Of a stretch of 64,000 nucleotides of DNA, positions 61,840-64,000 are shown in pieces. The stretch's first letter is position 1; each line of letters opens with the position of its first letter. Source of the DNA: Leptospiraceae bacterium (GTDB taxonomy: Bacteria; Spirochaetota; Leptospiria; Leptospirales; Leptonemataceae); contig JAVJNR010000004.1 in the NCBI GenBank assembly GCA_040217195.1, positions 1 to 64,000 of the forward strand, written 5' to 3'. A program made the translations under genes and the position numbers. The notes below the pieces were generated by a model. The model did no database searches, was not told the DNA's origin, and saw nothing but the letters and a program-made list of their open reading frames with translations.

Positions 61840-63573
61840 CTATCCGATGAGCTCTGCCACGGGCATGGCCTGCTGATCCAGTGTATCTGGCAGATATTTG
61901 CGAAACATGGGCAGCAGTATATGGACGATCAGCGGCCCCAGAATCCCAAAAACAGCCCGGTCCCGAAAACGATACTCCGGTTGGGTTCGAATTAAGGATT
62001 TAAAAAGAAAACCCAGTAAGGCTTTTTGCATCCTTCCTGGTTTTTTCTCCATTCGAACCGTTAGATCATAGGCCCCTGGATATCGATCAGAGTACTTCTT
62101 AAAGAATTCCTGCAATTCCTGAACCGCCGATTCCTCCGTAAAAAGCAATGCCCTTTGAGACAGTTGAAATAGTTGCATTGTGTCTCGATGAAACCTGGAC
62201 CTGTATCGAAGCCTTAGCTTTCTGGCCAGGTCCTCCATTTCAGAAAGACCATCCATGGCAGCACAGGACTTATGCCAGTCAGATTCTGCACTTCCCGAAT
62301 AAATGCGAACCACCTCTGCCAGAAGAGATGTAACTGTAATTCTATCCCAGAGTACATGGATCAGCGATGGAATGCGTGAACGATTCAGATACAATTCCCG
62401 GGATGCGAAAGAGGGTATGTATAGAACATGCTTGATTAGATCGTCTGAAAGCTGCAGAAATCTCCGAATTCGGATGAGCTCGCCGGATGAATAGCCGGCC
62501 TTTAGCAGCGAAGCATCCAGGTCTCCGTTGCTGCGAAATAGATGAACTGTCACCGCAGTGTTTAATTCATTCCAGTAGGACCTGCTCTTTAGAAAGCTGT
62601 AATTTTTGAATCTAGACCAACCGCCTGTCTGGCACCATACGTGGATTCCACGAAGCCTGGAATTGTTTCTCAGCTGTCTGGCATAATCCGAATAATCGAA
62701 TCCAACAAAACAGGGAAATTCCCCAAATCCTTCGTACTCCCGCCGGGTCTGCAATTCAAGAATGTAGGGCGCAGGACTATTCAGTGCATAGGGATTGAGC
62801 TTCTGGTAGCGAGTAAAATCGGATTGGGAGAATTTGTAAGATAAAAGAAAGTTATCGCTGCTCAAGCATTGCACTGGAAGACTCTGCAGCAAAGTGTTTC
62901 TATTCCAGAGCAAATCTCCAATCTTTCCGGCCCCCAGAGTCCAGGTACGAAAGATTAATGTCCTTTCTGTCTCCTGGAAAGCAGGTAGAATTGTCTGCAG
63001 ACATTTTCTCAGATCTGCAGCGGTTTTTACCATCAACTGGCTGCGAAAGGGACTTTCCACATCCACTCCATCCGACTCGCCCACTCGCAGAATTATTCCA
63101 CCCAGTTCTGGAAAGTCCTTCAACAGGCCTCGAAAGGACCGGGCCATGTGCTCAAACAGTTCTCTTTTTTTTGCACCTTCCGGAGTATGAACAAAATACC
63201 AGACATCTGCGGTAAGATAGGGTGTCATCCCGTGCTCCAGAGCGATGCGAAACAGCTTTCGATAATACTTTCTGTATTTCTGAACCCATTTCCTGATAGG
63301 AAGAGAGTCCACTTCCCTGACTGGCCAGAGCAGATACGCCGCTTCATCGATGGAAAGAGAATTATAACCCAGTTTGCTCAGACGTTTTACATAGACCTGG
63401 AATCCTTCGCGAATCTTCTTATGCGTTTTTCGCCGCACTTTATTGTTTTTTAAAAGATCATGTGTAGGAGCTTTGGACCAGTTTATGCTCGGTTCCGCAG
63501 ATTGCTCTTTCTTTTGCTTCTTGCGCACAAAGAATGGTGCGCTGGAATCCACCATATAGATTTTCTTTTTCAA
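61840..63573 (-). CDS. putative glycoside hydrolase (alpha-glucuronidase/GH67-like barrel)
   Basis: GIILRVGE, LIFRTW, K...SDF, ELQTRREYEG.GEFP, WCQTGGW. Confidence 0.55.
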   Translation of the reverse strand: MKKKIYMVDSSAPFFVRKKQKKEQSAEPSINWSKAPTHDLLKNNKVRRKTHKKIREGFQVYVKRLSKLGYNSLSIDEAAYLLWPVREVDSLPIRKWVQKYRKYYRKLFRIALEHGMTPYLTADVWYFVHTPEGAKKRELFEHMARSFRGLLKDFPELGGIILRVGESDGVDVESPFRSQLMVKTAADLRKCLQTILPAFQETERTLIFRTWTLGAGKIGDLLWNRNTLLQSLPVQCLSSDNFLLSYKFSQSDFTRYQKLNPYALNSPAPYILELQTRREYEGFGEFPCFVGFDYSDYARQLRNNSRLRGIHVWCQTGGWSRFKNYSFLKSRSYWNELNTAVTVHLFRSNGDLDASLLKAGYSSGELIRIRRFLQLSDDLIKHVLYIPSFASRELYLNRSRIPSLIHVLWDRITVTSLLAEVVRIYSGSAESDWHKSCAAMDGLSEMEDLARKLRLRYRSRFHRDTMQLFQLSQRALLFTEESAVQELQEFFKKYSDRYPGAYDLTVRMEKKPGRMQKALLGFLFKSLIRTQPEYRFRDRAVFGILGPLIVHILLPMFRKYLPDTLDQQAMPVAELIG

Positions 63574-64000
63574 GCAGAACTCCTTTGATGGTAACGATAG
63601 GATTCTACCATCGCAGCCATTAAGACCACTCCACCGCCCAGAAAGGTAGCCACAGACGGAATTTCGTCAAAGAATAGAAAGGCTGCCAGAGCGCTGTAGA
63701 GAGGTTGCACAGAAGCGATGACTCCTGTCGTCCGAGCAGACATCTTTACCACGGCACGGGTTAGCATGGTATGCGCGATTGCGGTAATTAGAACACCCAG
63801 AATAACAATCAAGATCAGATCATTGAGACCGGGTCTGAAATTTTGCTGTACGGTGTAGAAAATCAACGCCGGAGACAGGAGCAAACCGGCCACGGAGATT
63901 TGCCCCAGCATGATTTGAGAGCTGGGCCAGTGGGAAAGCTTTCTGCGGACTACAAGGTTTCGAGCTGTTATTAAGGCTGCAGCTGCCAGACCCCAGAAGA
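63570..64000 (-). CDS. DMT/EamA transporter (5' end outside the window)
   Basis: LGVLITAIAH, QPLYSALAAFLFFDE, GGGVVL. Confidence 0.85.
   Translation of the reverse strand, partial: FWGLAAAALITARNLVVRRKLSHWPSSQIMLGQISVAGLLLSPALIFYTVQQNFRPGLNDLILIVILGVLITAIAHTMLTRAVVKMSARTTGVIASVQPLYSALAAFLFFDEIPSVATFLGGGVVLMAAMVESYRYHQRSSA

Overview
The window is chromosomal DNA from a Leptospiraceae-like spirochaete. This is inferred from the metY-metX-metW cluster, the LipL45/FecR-type lipoproteins, the aspS-phoH-7TM-HD-ybeY run and many spirochaetal lipoproteins. Housekeeping blocks are interrupted by three co-oriented accessory islands at about 1-7200, 17070-22870 and 37540-44200. The islands hold orphan polymorphic-toxin tips (pretoxin HINT plus a C39-like peptidase or an alpha/beta-hydrolase) and a five-member family of exported putative immunity proteins. 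They also hold PIN/VapBC modules, XRE repressor remnants, a duplicated membrane-protein/micropeptide pair, and IS3 and IS66 pieces. Three non-coding or small repeated elements recur across the islands: (i) a 36-37 bp inverted-repeat site GTTCG-N26/27-CGAAC, in pairs at module junctions and as a 4-unit tandem array; (ii) a ~50 bp GGA-hairpin mini-insertion that interrupts genes, including an identical copy in both HINT domains; (iii) a 180 bp repeat. No recombinase and no full-length toxin carrier lie in the window. All family assignments come from motif recognition by eye, not from database searches.
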